Positions 1 through 13,368 of a stretch of 64,000 nucleotides of DNA are shown in pieces. Under the pieces are notes generated by a model that saw only the letters and a list, made by a program, of their open reading frames with translations, made no database searches and was not told where the DNA came from. Source of the DNA: the human T2T-CHM13v2.0 reference genome, Homo sapiens; assembly GCF_009914755.1 (NCBI RefSeq), contig NC_060936.1; one strand, written 5' to 3'. Numbering within the stretch: position 1 is the first letter of the stretch; the number at the start of each line of letters is the position of its first letter. The position numbers and the translations under genes are program-made.

Positions 1-1359
1 CTTGGATTTATTATAAGGACTAACTTCGCTGCATCCCACTGCCTAAGCTACCCATCAGTCATTTTTTAAAAGACCCAAGAGCCTTTCCTCACCCCATGCT
101 TGGCACATAGGCAGTCTCAACAAATGCTTATTGAACAGTGCCCACAACTACCACCCTTCCCCTTCGCACTGCACTCAGGCCAGGTTAGGGCGCCTGTTGT
201 CTCTCCTCAACTTGCACACAGCAGTTAACCCAGACCAGTGCTCTCTCTCTCTCTCTCTGAAATAAAATGTGTAATTTTCTTCAGGGAGTTATTTTAATTT
301 TTTCTCCATGCTGAGTAAAACTATTGAGTGAGCAGTGAAGCGTGGAGAAGCACTGGCGTCTCCGGTGGGTAACAGTTAACTAAGAAAGAGGCTGTGGCAC
401 CCGCACCCACCTGTTCCAGCCTCCCAGGCTGCCCAGGCCCTGTGCTTCCTCCCCAGGGGACAGGCGCACCACCCCAGGGGAAAACCAAGGGCTTTGTCAT
501 AGATAGGGGCAATGTTGGTTAGAGCTGCCAGGCAGGGCACACCAGCCCCACCGTGCACTGACTGCCTCCTCCCGGCAGGGTTTGGGCCTCTCCTTCCCTG
601 GAGGAGCTGAAGGTCTGACTCATTTTGGCTTGGGTAGACACAGAGTGCCTGCCTGCCCTCCTCCTTCCTGTCACAATCTGCAGGTCTGCCCAGGCACCAG
701 CCTTGGCTTCTGCAGCATCGTCGGGAGTCAGCGGCGGCAACCAAGCCAGAGGCCTCGTACCTACTTCCCTACGCTGAGGGTGCATAAGGCCCAGATCCCT
801 GATTTCTCCCTGAACAGGGGCTTCTGCTTTGGGGCCTGGGGTAGTTTCCCCACCAGCCAGCCTCCTAGAACATATTTCCAGGTAACAGGGTCTGGCATTG
901 CTCTGGGGGAGTTTATGGAGGGGTCTTCTGGGTTGCAAGCAGAGACTATGGAGCCTGCCTCTCCACTTTGCCCTGGAACCCACCCCCTCTGGCAGCAAGA
1001 AAGAAGGGGAAGAAGCATGACTTACCTTCCCGGGGGAGTGGGAAGAGGGGGGACACGGCCCACTCTGAGCAATTAGAGGAAAGAGGAGGAAAAAATAAGA
1101 GGACAAAAAGATCAACACGACCTCGAAGGCGACAGGTCCTTATGGAAATAAGTAAGTAAATAAATAAATAAGGATCCACCCTCTCCCCCCTCTCCACCCT
1201 GCAAGGGGGATGTGGGGGTGGGGCAAAGGAACAGCACCAGGGCTTTTTAGTGTAACTGAGCATTAGAGAAATAGGCATGCTTCTATGTGAATTTAGGAGT
1301 TTGAAACTTTTGGAGGTTATTTATGTGAATAGCCTGAAGGCAAGCCCGTGAGTGGCTCT

Positions 1360-1460
1360 TGGGGGACCACGTGATATCATTAAACCAAGTTTTATGGTGT
1401 AGGGAGAGCTGACAAACCCACAATATATTTACATCATATATAATCTTAACTGTCCAGCCA
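1360..1460. promoter_or_regulatory. Candidate Hox5-Hox4 intergenic enhancer
   Basis: CACGTG 1368-1373, CATTAA, TTTTATGG 1390-1397 (CDX/HOX), TGACA 1410-1414 (MEIS), AT-rich core. Confidence 0.6.
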
Positions 1461-4400
1461 CGCAGCTGCTGGTGAGGTTTAATGCTAGGACAGAGGGCCT
1501 GGCAGTTAGAGGGGATTACGGCGCTGGGGACGATGGTGAGAGAGGTTACATCTTCGCAAATGAATCCCAGGCGAACGCTGTGAGTTAATTCTCTCTTTCT
1601 CTCTCTCAGACCCTTTCTCCCATTTACCTAACCACCCCCCTCACTTGATAGAAGGCAGCTCCCACTTATTAGGGGGAGGGGGAAAAGGCCTTCCCAGGCT
1701 GGGGTGGGAGAAGAGAAGAAGCAGCAGAAAAAGCTGCTGGGAAGTAGGAAGATGGGGGAGCTTGTCTACCCTGAGCAGCCCTCCCCTTCCCACTCCTTAT
1801 TCTCTCTGACTGCAAGTCAACTGGGGTAGAGAGGCCTTGGTTGTTTAGAGATTTGCCAGGTCTTCCTGACCCTTTCAGTTGAGAAGAAAGCAAGCGGCAG
1901 CAACAAGGGTGTTTGGTGTCTGTACGGGTATGTAAACTCTAGACACAAGCTCAAAATGCCTCTGGGGCCCACTGTTCCAGGGAGGGGTGAGTTCAGCCCT
2001 TGGCCAGTGGCCCAAGGTGGGAAACTGGGGAGAAAGGCAGGGAAGGAGGGTTTTGTGGCTTCTACGCCCACAGGCTACTGCTGCCTGAACTGGCAAAAGT
2101 ATCTCAAAGGTGGCTGTTTGAACCCAGAGGTCCCAGAGTGCCCCCTCCCTCCCTCACTACCAGGCTTGGATGGGCAGCTGTCTCAGCCTCCGTAGTTTGG
2201 CATCTTAGTCCGTCTGAAGCCAGTGTGGTTTCATGCTTCCTCCTCTCCTTCTAGCTGCTTGGGTCTTCCTGGCATTCCCAGCCCTTGCCTGAGATAAAAC
2301 TAGGCTCTAAGAGCCCTAGAGGTTCCTGCTGTGAGTGGAGTGTAATTGTGTGTTGAATGGGTGAGGGAGCAGAGGCAATGTCTTTGCTAGGCTGGGAAAG
2401 TAAGTCCCCCAACCTTAAGGACAGAGTAGCCCCTCGGGGATGGAGCTAGCAGGGCCCAATATGAGCACTGCACCCTGGGGTCAATCCTCAGGCTAGGGCG
2501 CCCTTCAGGTTTCTAGGAAGGAGCAGCAGAAGCGTTGGGCATGAGAGGCACATGTCTTCCACACCTGCAATTGCTATCCCTCCCTGTGCGTCACCGGGAG
2601 CTAAGCCAGGAAAGTGACAACATGTGAATTCAGGCTCCTGTACTGGCCAGCCATGAATAGCCAGGGCTTTGGAAGCAGGGCTGAATGCCAGCGGACCCAT
2701 AGGTGCAACTCCTCCAGGCTGGGAGAAAGGGGTGGGGAGCAGAGGGAGTGAGCCAGATATGCACCTTCCAGAAGGGGGGCATGCCTGGGGACCAGCGGTG
2801 TCTGGGCATCTGCTTTGTGGAGAGGTGCTGTTGGGGGATGAGGAGGGAATGCTGTTAGCCTCGCCCCCGCTGCTCAAGGGACTGGGGAAGAAGCGAGAAG
2901 CAGGCAGACTCTGGGAGAAGGAAGGGGGCACAGAGGCCCAAATAAATGGGGAGTCTTAGCTGAGCCCCATTCTTCAGTCTAGGGGTCTCTCACTTGCATG
3001 AGGAGCTCGGGAACCCGACATGGAGGATTCCCTTGACGCCATCCCTCAGGGCCTCAGTCTCGGCCAAGATTCAGCCTCCCCCACCCTCCTCCCTGATACC
3101 TTTATTTTCCTAGGATCCCAGGGAATTCTCTCCAGCAACGCATTGGAAAAAACTAATTATCAGTTTCTCCCTTCCTCATTACCCGTCCTTCTTGGCTCTC
3201 TCCTTCCCTCTAGTCTGTGATTTTGAGAGTTTCTGGAAACTTTCCTATCCAAGCAGCGGAGACCTGGGAGTTTCTCTTGGTCTGTAACTTGACTCTTCCC
3301 CACCCTCCAGCCTCCCCAGGGCTCTAGGGAGCGAGTGCAGTGGTCTTTAACCGGGAATTTAGCCAGGGCCGAAGTCCCACACCCAGGCAAGACTCCACCC
3401 TGACACCCGCCCTGACTCTCGGCCAAATCTCAGTCCCATTCCCTTCCTCTCTGTGTAGACGGGCATTCGAGGGTGTTTAAAGATTTACATAGCGTCCCTT
3501 GAGCCCTTTGATGACTTCTTCACCCCCTTTTCTGTTCTTTAGGCTCAAAAGTTCCATTTAAATACCACCCCTCTTCCTGTGATAATTGATTCTCCTTCCC
3601 CTCAAATAGTTTGCCTCAGTTTTTTACTGTTTTCTAAAAAGTTTCTAGTTCCACCTGGAAACAGGGCAAACGCAAAGGAGGCCTGAAATTCTTGGTTTTC
3701 CCACCCACTACCCCAAACCCTAATTTGGAGTGTCTCTGGAGCGGAGGGTGGGCAGGCAATCAGGTGCCAAGCTTTCCAGCCAACCCGGGAAGCTTTTAAT
3801 TTTGTTCCTAGGACTTTAACCCAAGGAGAGGTCAAGCAACCAATCAGAAATGCACTAAGCAGGGTCACATGGTCCCCACCAACCAATCAGCAAAAACTAC
3901 TTGGGTCTCTGTCTCGCTCTTCCCATCCGGCCCTGTTCCTTCCTCCCTCCCTCCCTTCCCACCACAGCCTTAGCTCCTGGGTTTATCCTATCTCAGATTT
4001 GGAAGGCTGGAGTGATACCCAGCATATTCTAGCCTCCTCTGTCAGTCCCTGAACCAATTCTGAGGAGTCTTTGGCTTGTCTCCTCAGTTGCTTACAAAGT
4101 TGTATCTGGGAGTCAATCTCAAATGCACAAGGATGTGAAGTTGTGGGGGCATCCTCTGGATTATTCCCACGTTCGCCAGCGTGATTCTACCCAATTTTCT
4201 GGGTGTTGTAGTTGTAGACTCTAAATTAGACTATAGAGCAAATACAGATATGAACTCCAGCCCTGAATTCAAATTCTGGCTGTGATTATTCCCCATACAC
4301 TTACAAGTATTCATTCTCTTCTGATTTTCATGAGGGCAGGTGGGGTGAGAGGAGAGCCCTTTTGATTTCTCTTTCTGGAAATGCTCCAATAGCCATTAGC

Positions 4401-5255
4401 TTTATCAGACTGCCTCAGGCATGGTTAGGGAAGGGAGCAAAAGTGGAGATTTTTTGAAAGTTCTGATTGGTACCTTTCGTTTGTCGAATAACTTTGAGCT
4501 AGTTAAGGGTTCTGGAAAGGAATGAGCACAGAGAATTCCGACTTTCCTCACTCTCCACATTAAATAGTTGATGGATTTGTTTAAACCCCTTCCCTTTCCA
4601 TTCTTTTAACAGGATATAATAATAGTAATAATAATAATAGACTAGGTGATGATCCTATGTCCTGGCCAATAGCCATCAAAAGGTACAGCTACTGAAGGTG
4701 TGGATTTCAGTGTTTGAGTTTACATGGATTAGGCCAAGAACAAGCAATAGGCGAGAAACTATTGCTGAGTAAGAGCATCTGATGGCACAGGGAGTGCACA
4801 GCTATGACAGAAATGCTTGTGTTTCCTGAACACTTGGGCTGGGCCCTGAGCCAGTCCACTGCTGGGTCCAGACCCAGGTATTCTCCCCCAGCCACTTCTC
4901 TAGAGCTTTGTTTCAGAGTGAATTTTCTGGTTGGGTTCTCCTCCCCTTCTCTTCCTGATCTCTTGCCCTCTTTGAGCTAAGGGGCAGGAGTTCTGATGGA
5001 CTGTGGCACCTGGACCTCTAAGCACCCCCCTGGGGGCATTAAGAGTACAAGAATGGGAAGGATAGTCCGGACTGAGCTGGGCTTTGTCAACAATCCCCTC
5101 ATTGTTTGTCTTCTGGATGGAGCTGGTTTGGGGACAATGCCACAGGCCAGGTGGGAAGGATAAGGATGAGAAGCCAGAAAAAGAGCAGCTCTTCTCAGAA
5201 ATCATTGAGCCCTCACTTTTCAAGTTACCTTCAACCACACTGCTCCATCTGCTTA

Positions 5256-5528
<273 letters not shown>

Positions 5529-5560
<32 letters not shown>

Positions 5561-5844
5561 TTGAGATGGAGTTTCACTCTTGTTGCCCAGGCTGTAGTGC
5601 AATGGCAGGATCTCAGCTCACCGCAAACTCTGCCTCCTGGGTTCAAGCGATTCTCCTGCCTCAGCCTCCTGAGTAGCTGGGATTAGAGGCATGCACCACC
5701 ACGCCTGGCTAATTTTGTATTTTTAATAGAGACAGGGTTTCTCCGTGTTGGTCAGGCTGGTCTCAAACTCCTGACATCAGATGATCCGCCTGCCTTTGCC
5801 TCCCAAGGTGCTGGGATTACAGGCATGAGCCACCGTGGCCAGCC
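5529..5844 (-). mobile_element. Alu (AluS-like), tandem with the previous copy
   Basis: T-rich tail 5529-5562 then full Alu body. Confidence 0.95.
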
Positions 5845-7484
5845 CCATTTGCCTCTTTTATGAGTTAGAATTAAAGGACACACTTATTCTTCCCCAGTGA
5901 ATGGTGTGGCAGATTGTTGGAGACCAACTCTCACCCTCAATGTGGACTTCTCACACTGGGGTACCAGATCTCATGAAGAGTTAGGAAACAAAGACAGGGG
6001 GAGATTGGTTCTATCCACACAGGCACTGGGAAAAGAGATTTTGTGAGTGCCTCGACCCCTCCTTGTGAGTGCCTCAAAAAGGTAAACTTTCTCTTTTTGA
6101 CTGTCGTTCTCTGTAACTGCTTTGGACTGAGTTTTTGAGAGGGGGAATGCTGAAACATCATTGTTCTAGGATTTAATTAGGTCCTTTTTGCTGAGAAGAC
6201 AAGCACCACCACCCTGAGCCTCTTCTTTAGTGGGACTAGGGCCCCTGAAGCCCTTTGAGGTGAAGGAGAAAGAAAATCTGAAATCAGGGTGCCAAACTAG
6301 GGTTTTGGGGTGAATGATTCAATTTAAGGAGAAGACGATGCTGTTTGAGAGCCAAGAAAGTCACATCCTTTCCTACCCCTCCCAACTTTTATTGGCTCCT
6401 TGTGACCCACATTGGTGTGTCTGTACTGATACTATCTCTGCTAGCAGCTTTGATGGGGCTCCAGGAGCCCAAGGAATTGCCAGACAAGGTCTGGGTTGAG
6501 GAACTTCGGTGATACAAATCTCTTTATTTTTGAGGCCTACACAACCCTTGTAATCATCTCCCTCTCCCAATCCTAAGGTTCACTGAGAGGCAAAAGGGGA
6601 ACAGAGATACCTCAGAGGAAGCGGTATGGGTGTGCAATGTGGGACTTGGGAAAATTGGACTCGGTTATGCAGGACCTTGTTCAGCCTCTAAGGACCACAT
6701 TTTAGCAGCTATGAGAAGAGGTTGAACACTTGGGCTGGGCCCTGAGCCGGTCCACTGCTCCAGGCATGCTGGGGAGCAAGTGCAGGGAGAAGGCTGCTTC
6801 TCTGCATCTGTACACATGTACAGAGAAAGTTCTACAGTGATCTGCAACCCCATATGGGCTGGGTGAAATGTGTAGCCTGGTCACCTAGGATCCTTTCAGT
6901 TCTGCACCACAGGTCTCAGAGAGGCAGTTCAGGCTTGGTTCTGCCCTCTAAAGATTCTCATTTACCCCAGCCCCTGGCCCTGAACACCAGAATACCTGAA
7001 CACACAGAAACACATATATGTGCCCAAGGATGGTATGGTAGAGGTCAGAAGCCTGGGCTGGACACAGTAACCAGCATGGAACCAACTTCCCACTCCTCCC
7101 TCCCACTCCATTCTTCCCGTCAGCCCAGCTTGGAAACCATTTGTCCTCCCCACCCCACCCCCACCCCTCAAGCCCTGCGCAGCTGTTGAGTTTCCTTCCT
7201 TCTGCCTTTCTGGAAAACTCAAACGCTAGAGCTGACTCCAGGGATGGTGGCAGCCAGGCTTTCTGTGATCTTCAGTGTTGTGTTGGCCCAGATTGAGTTG
7301 TCAGGAGTTGAAGAGACATGGAGGGTCCAAGGAGGCCAGAATCTTATCTGATCTAATCCCCCTCTCCTTCTGTTCCAAGCTCAAACTCCAAACTCCTCAG
7401 GGCTCCCTTGCTCAGACATTAGAGATAAATCTTGTCTAGTAAATACTTCTTTTAAAAGTCAACTTTCTGGCTGGAAAACACAGG

Positions 7485-7485
<1 letters not shown>

Positions 7486-7534
<49 letters not shown>
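7486..7534. repeat. (TG)n microsatellite
   Basis: Direct reading. Confidence 0.95.
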
Positions 7535-7536
<2 letters not shown>

Positions 7537-8283
7537 GGAGTAGTAAGGGTCAGGTCTTTCATTTTATGTTGTGTCTCTCCCCATCCCCTGGGTGGAGGAT
7601 GGGGGCACAGGCTGAGGTTTTATTGAGGGTGCTTTTCCTGTTGGGAGTAAAGACAGGGTCATAAACGCCTAGAGTAGGGTGTTTTGATCTGGTGACTTCT
7701 CAGGAAGTAGCATCTGAGGTTTTGCTTTGTAAATCACTCTCCCCCAAAGCTGGCTTGGCAGATTGGATTGCACTTCCCCAAGCCCACCTGAGGCCCCTCC
7801 TTTCCTCCCTTCCCCAGTAAACTAAAGGAGAAATATAACAGAGCATCTGGAGTCTTCAAAATCCTCTGACTCCAATTTCTTTTTTAAAAGGCTAATTGGT
7901 GATTTTTTTTTCCCTCAAAGTTTTCCCCTAAAAAATAATGCAACGTTTCATTTCCTTTTGCCCATGCAGTCCCTGGTCCCCCAACCCCTCAGTCACAAAG
8001 GAACTAACATTGACAGTAAATAGCCTCAGAGCCTGGCTGTAGATATCAGGACTCTTCTGTTCTGGGGCTGATCTCTCCCTGTCACTCTTTCCCCAAGCCC
8101 CAAACCCCCTTTGACAAGGTAGAACTTCAGATGTATAAGACAGAGTTCATAGGAGCTAGGAATAAGAGGAGATGGCAGCGGGGCATAGGGGAACCCCATC
8201 GTGTACCGCATGAATGGAGGAAACTCTGCAGTCTGTCACTGGGTTTTTTTGTAATTAAGATGGGTGCAGGGGTGTGTGAGTGT

Positions 8284-8316
<33 letters not shown>

Positions 8317-10419
8317 AGCCCCCAGCCTTCTCACATCTCTATGTACCAAACAAACAATATATTTTACCTAAATAACTCCATTTCCTAATGATAATGAGTC
8401 TTCCCCTCCTAAGGATCCCCCACCCCCTGGCTGGCAAGTCCCTCCCTTGTGCCTGGGGCTACAGAGCTGAAGGAAAACAAAGTTAAGAGCCCTCTAATTC
8501 AGCCTTAGTTCAAGCCAGATCAGGTCAGGAAGCTTTCAGGCCCAGGCATCAGGGCTTATATTCATTGCCAGCAAAATGCCCCTATATGCTGGAAATATGT
8601 CATAGATTATATGAGTTCCGGGCCCTCTTAGCACTTGCGAAGTCTCTAGTCCACCCTCATTTCTTTCTCAGAGAAGCCTGGGCTGGGATACCCCAAACCC
8701 ACAAGCACTAGAGATTCCTCTTCATTCCTAGGACTCCATGCAAATAATCTTCACAGAGAGCTGAGCGCTCCCATAGTTATATATGTGAAAACGTATTTAT
8801 AGATCGTTCTATGTCTATATCAGGATGTATGTTTTATATTCCTTTTTGTTCCACATTTAAATGCAGATTTATAGATCCATAGTGAACATAACAGTCCTCG
8901 GTCAAATTCCTGTGTGCACTTTACCAATCTTTCTATAGTGGTTGGATGTATATGCTAGGATGTATTGGTACAGCTCTCTTGAAACACCTAAGTGAATATT
9001 TGGAAATTTTTTTCTTTGTTGGAAAGAACTATGTGTGTGTTCAATGTCTATTTTGAAAATTTTATCTAGATTTATGCAAGGATCCTAACCCATAAAATAG
9101 CTACATATTGAAGCTACATATTTAGAGATCTTTACAGTCTTTGCATTTTTGCTGAAAAACTTACATGTTTGAACATATGTTTAGAGATGGTTTCATAATG
9201 CATGCATCTGTGTATAGGGGCATAGATCTCCCTTCTAGAAGGACTTAAACTTACTGCATCTCTCTGTCTCCCTCTCTATCTCTGTGTCTATGATATAAAA
9301 AGATATTAGGTGAGTGGGGGTAGGGAACAAATATATTTTGGATGTTTGGCTTATTAAAGCAAGTAATTCTGTCTCTATTTCTAAGGCCATCTCCAAAATC
9401 TAGTCCCACTAAGTTATCTGTCCCTCGAAAACCTACTCTAGGGGTCATAGACTGCCTCCAGGCTGCCTCTGTGACCTGAGATCCAAGCCGAAGCTCCCTA
9501 CCTCTCAAGGTAGCCACTAAAAAGAAGGGGGAGAGAAGAAAGGGGAGAGTCCTCCAGCCCAGTTCCTGTTGGATCCCCAGGGCAAGAGGCTGACAGGGGC
9601 TTGTATATCTCCCTACACCCCCCACTGGGCCTTTGAAATGTGGGGGAAAAAGGGATCAAGTCCCCAACTGTTTTTATAGGGTGCCCAAATGATGCCAGGG
9701 TTACTGCACAACCCATAGGTTCCTCCTCCCCAGTTGTTCTCGGTGCCCAGGGCCCAATTAAGCGGCCGCCTTGCGCCCAGCAGCCCCGCTCTTATCGGCT
9801 GGGATTGATGCCTCCGCGTCTCCTGTATATCATTTCCAAGATTTTTTCTGTCCAACTCCTCGGCTCCTTTGGCTTCCGCGGCTTTGACTAATGATTGCTA
9901 CAGATGCCAACGTCTCCAGAATCCTAATAGCCAGGCAGGCGGACTCTTATTTACCCGGCAACATTGCTGTGGGGGAGGGGGCCTGGGGGACAAGTATTGG
10001 GGTGTCGTAGGTCAGGGGACAGGGAGAAGGTTGTGGCCAACTCAAGTGTCACTGAACTTCTTCCCAGTCAGAAAGACATTCCCAATCCCCTTCTCTCCTT
10101 GAGGGAAATATATATATATATATACACAGTTAATAGTAACTCATTGCTGCCTCGTTAGAAAAGATCAAAGAATGAACACAACGTGGTAGAATAAGCAGAG
10201 CAATGTTTATTTGTTGTAAATAAATGAGAGATTAAGTGGAAAACCAGCAGTTTGGGGAGGAAAAAGAGAAAGGGAAAGAAGTCAGCCACAGTGGGAGAAG
10301 GGGCTCCTTTTCTTCATTTCTTGTCTTCCCCTTTCTCTCCCCACCCTAAGTCTACCCTTCTCATCAATTTCTCCCCTCTTTCCCTTCCTTCGCCTCACCT
10401 TCAATCCCTTGGGTGGAGG

Positions 10420-11500
10420 GGCTGAACAGCGTGTTCCCGGGCGGAGGTGCGCGCAGCCACCCCAGGCTGCTGCCAGGTGCCCGCTGGGGCTGCCAGGGCG
10501 AGGAGGCCTCTGGGCTGTGGAGCGAAAGTCAGATCCACCGCCTACTGCGGGGTAGGGGCCGCAGTGGGGACCGCCAGCCCTGTGGTCCCTCTCGCGCTGA
10601 CTGGCGTAAAGTTGTGGCCGAATTCGCATCTCTTCTGGTGCTTCTCGCCCGCCAGCGCAGGGCCCAGGTGTTTGAGGCGAAGGGGCTCTAGCTCCCCGCA
10701 AGCCTGGAGCCAGGCGTCGCGCTTCCTCCGGGCTTAATCCAGACCTTTCAACACACACCTCATTCGGGGGAGGAGAAAAGCACAGGACCGCGGAGAGCCC
10801 AGCTTTGAGGCCAGGCCTGAAGGGATAACCCACACAGGGAACGTTTTCCTATCAGAGAATAATGGAGCACAAAATAATTCAGAAAGCGAATGGGCAGGAC
10901 CACAGCCTGAGAGTCCCGCGCCGCGGGGCCGCTGCAGAGCCGGTCTCCCGAGCACCGCGGCAGGACCATTTCGTTGGAATGTAGGGCGAGGCCGAAGCCC
11001 GCCCCGGACCCAGGCCGCGAGGTGCGCGCCGGCCGCCGAGGGGCCGCCTGTAAATTACAGCCCGCCGGGAGGACTCGGAAATACACAAAAGGAGCCGAAA
11101 GATTTAAACAGTCGGAGGCAGAGGCGTCCCGAGGCGGCCAAAGCGGAAATCAATCACGTAATTAAAACAGGGAGGGGACGAAGCCCAAGGCTGGGGGTCC
11201 CGGGTTCGGAGGAGGCGGCCAAGGTGCAGGCCGAGGCTGGCGAGCGGCTTAGGGACGTGGCTCGCCCGCCAGGACCAGAGCGCGTGGAGGGGCTTCGGGG
11301 AAGTTTATAACACATCGCTATTGATTCCCGCTTGGCTAGGAAGAGCAGACTCTGGTGCCCTCTCCCAGGCCAGACCCTGAAGCCTCCGATGGCCCCTTCT
11401 CCGACTTTCCCGTTTTTGTGGGGTTGAGACGCGCAGTTGCAGTTGAAGGCCGCTCCCCAGATCCCACTGGTGCCACGATTTTGCCAAGGCAAGTTTGCGA
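10420..11500. other. CpG island (intergenic, upstream of HOXC4)
   Basis: High GC and dense CpG by inspection; boundaries approximate. Confidence 0.8.
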
Positions 11501-12901
11501 ACCCAAATGGCATCAAGATGCTGCCTTTGGGTTTGAGGGGATGGAGGGAGGTGACACCCCAGTTTCAGGCACTAAGAAATCTCTCTCGGCCTTGATTCCT
11601 CCAACCCAGGATTCAAAGCATGCCCGGAAAGACTCTGATCTATGGGCCGAGGCTTGGAAGGGGTGTGCGAGGCAGACGGGGTTATTAAAGGGAGAGCTTG
11701 GGGCTGAGCAAACTGGACCCCTTTGGGCTGGAAAGGAGAAAGAACAGCTCCTGGAAGAGAAAAAAAGGCACACCGGGAGCTGTGTTTTGTGAGGGGAAGA
11801 TCTTATTATTGAGGTTAATCATGGTAATGATCTGGTATGGCTGGGTCAGCCCAGGAGACCGCGCTCTCCAAAGTTCTTTCTCACAGAGGTTTCTCTGGGG
11901 GAGTCAAGGGTTCCCCAACTTCACTATGGTTGGGGAAAATAAAATAAAGACCTCCAATCCTCTCCTCTGCCTTTTCCTCTCCCTCCCTTAAAAACTCCAG
12001 AAAAAGGGAAACCTTATAAAATCTCCATCACCCCACTTATTTTTCCTTGGCTCTCTCCAGTTTACTAAAATGCACGGTCTTTGGGAATTGAGTTTTTCTG
12101 GAGCACCCTTCTTGTGAAGCAACAGAGGTGACCCGACCAAGTCCTCATGAATTCTGATGCTGACCCTGGAGAGGACCCAGGATTCCCTTGCCTACTGTAG
12201 AATTCTCTCTCTATCCTTAGTTTTTCCCAGTCTCTGCCTTCTTTGGTCTTGGGTGCATAATCTCATGGGTCTCTGGCAGTTCAGAGGCCAAGAACAGATT
12301 AAGGCACTTTGAGATACCCTCATAAACTCTTAAAAGTGTTTCCAGCTTCCTGTCATCTCTTTAATACTGGGAGTACCAGGCCAGGGACCCCTCCATAAAC
12401 TAACCTAAGGCCAGCCTGATTTCTAGATCTTTTCAAGCCACATTTAGGTTCCTTGAAAAATAAAAGTCCCCCTCCCCAGCAAGAAATTCAGGTCACCAAC
12501 CTGCCGCACAGCAAGGTTCCTGCATCCACACATCAGAATTTTCAACAACAACAATTTTCATAATAAGAAGTAAAGCTTGCATCAAAGTTAGCAAGGGACA
12601 CCCCAAACCAAATTTTAAAAAGGATATCATCCAGCAGTCTTGAAGAGGGGTGGGGGTCAATGAGGCTGGGATGAGGGAGGAAGGTGGTGGGGAACCCAAC
12701 CTCTAACTAACAATTTCTCCAGCATAAAAATGAAACATCAGATTCGTTAGCCCAGGGCCTTCATTTTTCCCCTTCCACATTATAACTAGTTATTGAACTC
12801 GCTGGAAGATCTAAAGGCCATTTGCGAAGAGACAAATTTCAATGGAGTTTCCCCATCAATAACCCCATGGCAGTGACCTATTGGAACAAGTCAAACACCC
12901 G

Positions 12902-12918
12902 AGGTGAAATGCAGGTCA
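12902..12918 (+). promoter_or_regulatory. DR5 retinoic acid response element 5' of HOXC4
   Basis: AGGTGA aatgc AGGTCA; same half-sites and position as Hox4-paralogue 5' RAREs. Confidence 0.85.
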
Positions 12919-13312
12919 CTCTGTCTAACCAATATTAAAATGCGGCCACTTTTTAAAAAGCCACTTTAAACGAGATTTGAGGAAAATTGAATTCCAAGGA
13001 AGGCAAGGCAAGGCAAGAGAAATCCATGAGAGGACCTTGCCTAAGGTCTCCAAACAAACAAGAGAAATTCATCTTTAATATTTTAAAGGGGGGCAAATTA
13101 ACATTCCATGATTGCTTTTTTTTTTTGAGACTATAAGCGATTCCAGGAGAAGAAAAAAGGTTGAGTATTTTCTGGTGACACATCCAGGTTATTAAAATCA
13201 TTTTAGACCAATTCATTACTTTTACTGACAAGAGATTTAAGAAAAAATCAATTAAGATTTGCATATTCTTTTGCATACATTAGCCCTGGCTGCCGGCATT
13301 AGAAAGGGACAA

Positions 13313-13366
<54 letters not shown>
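13313..13366. repeat. (CA)n microsatellite
   Basis: Direct reading. Confidence 0.95.
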
Positions 13367-13368
<2 letters not shown>

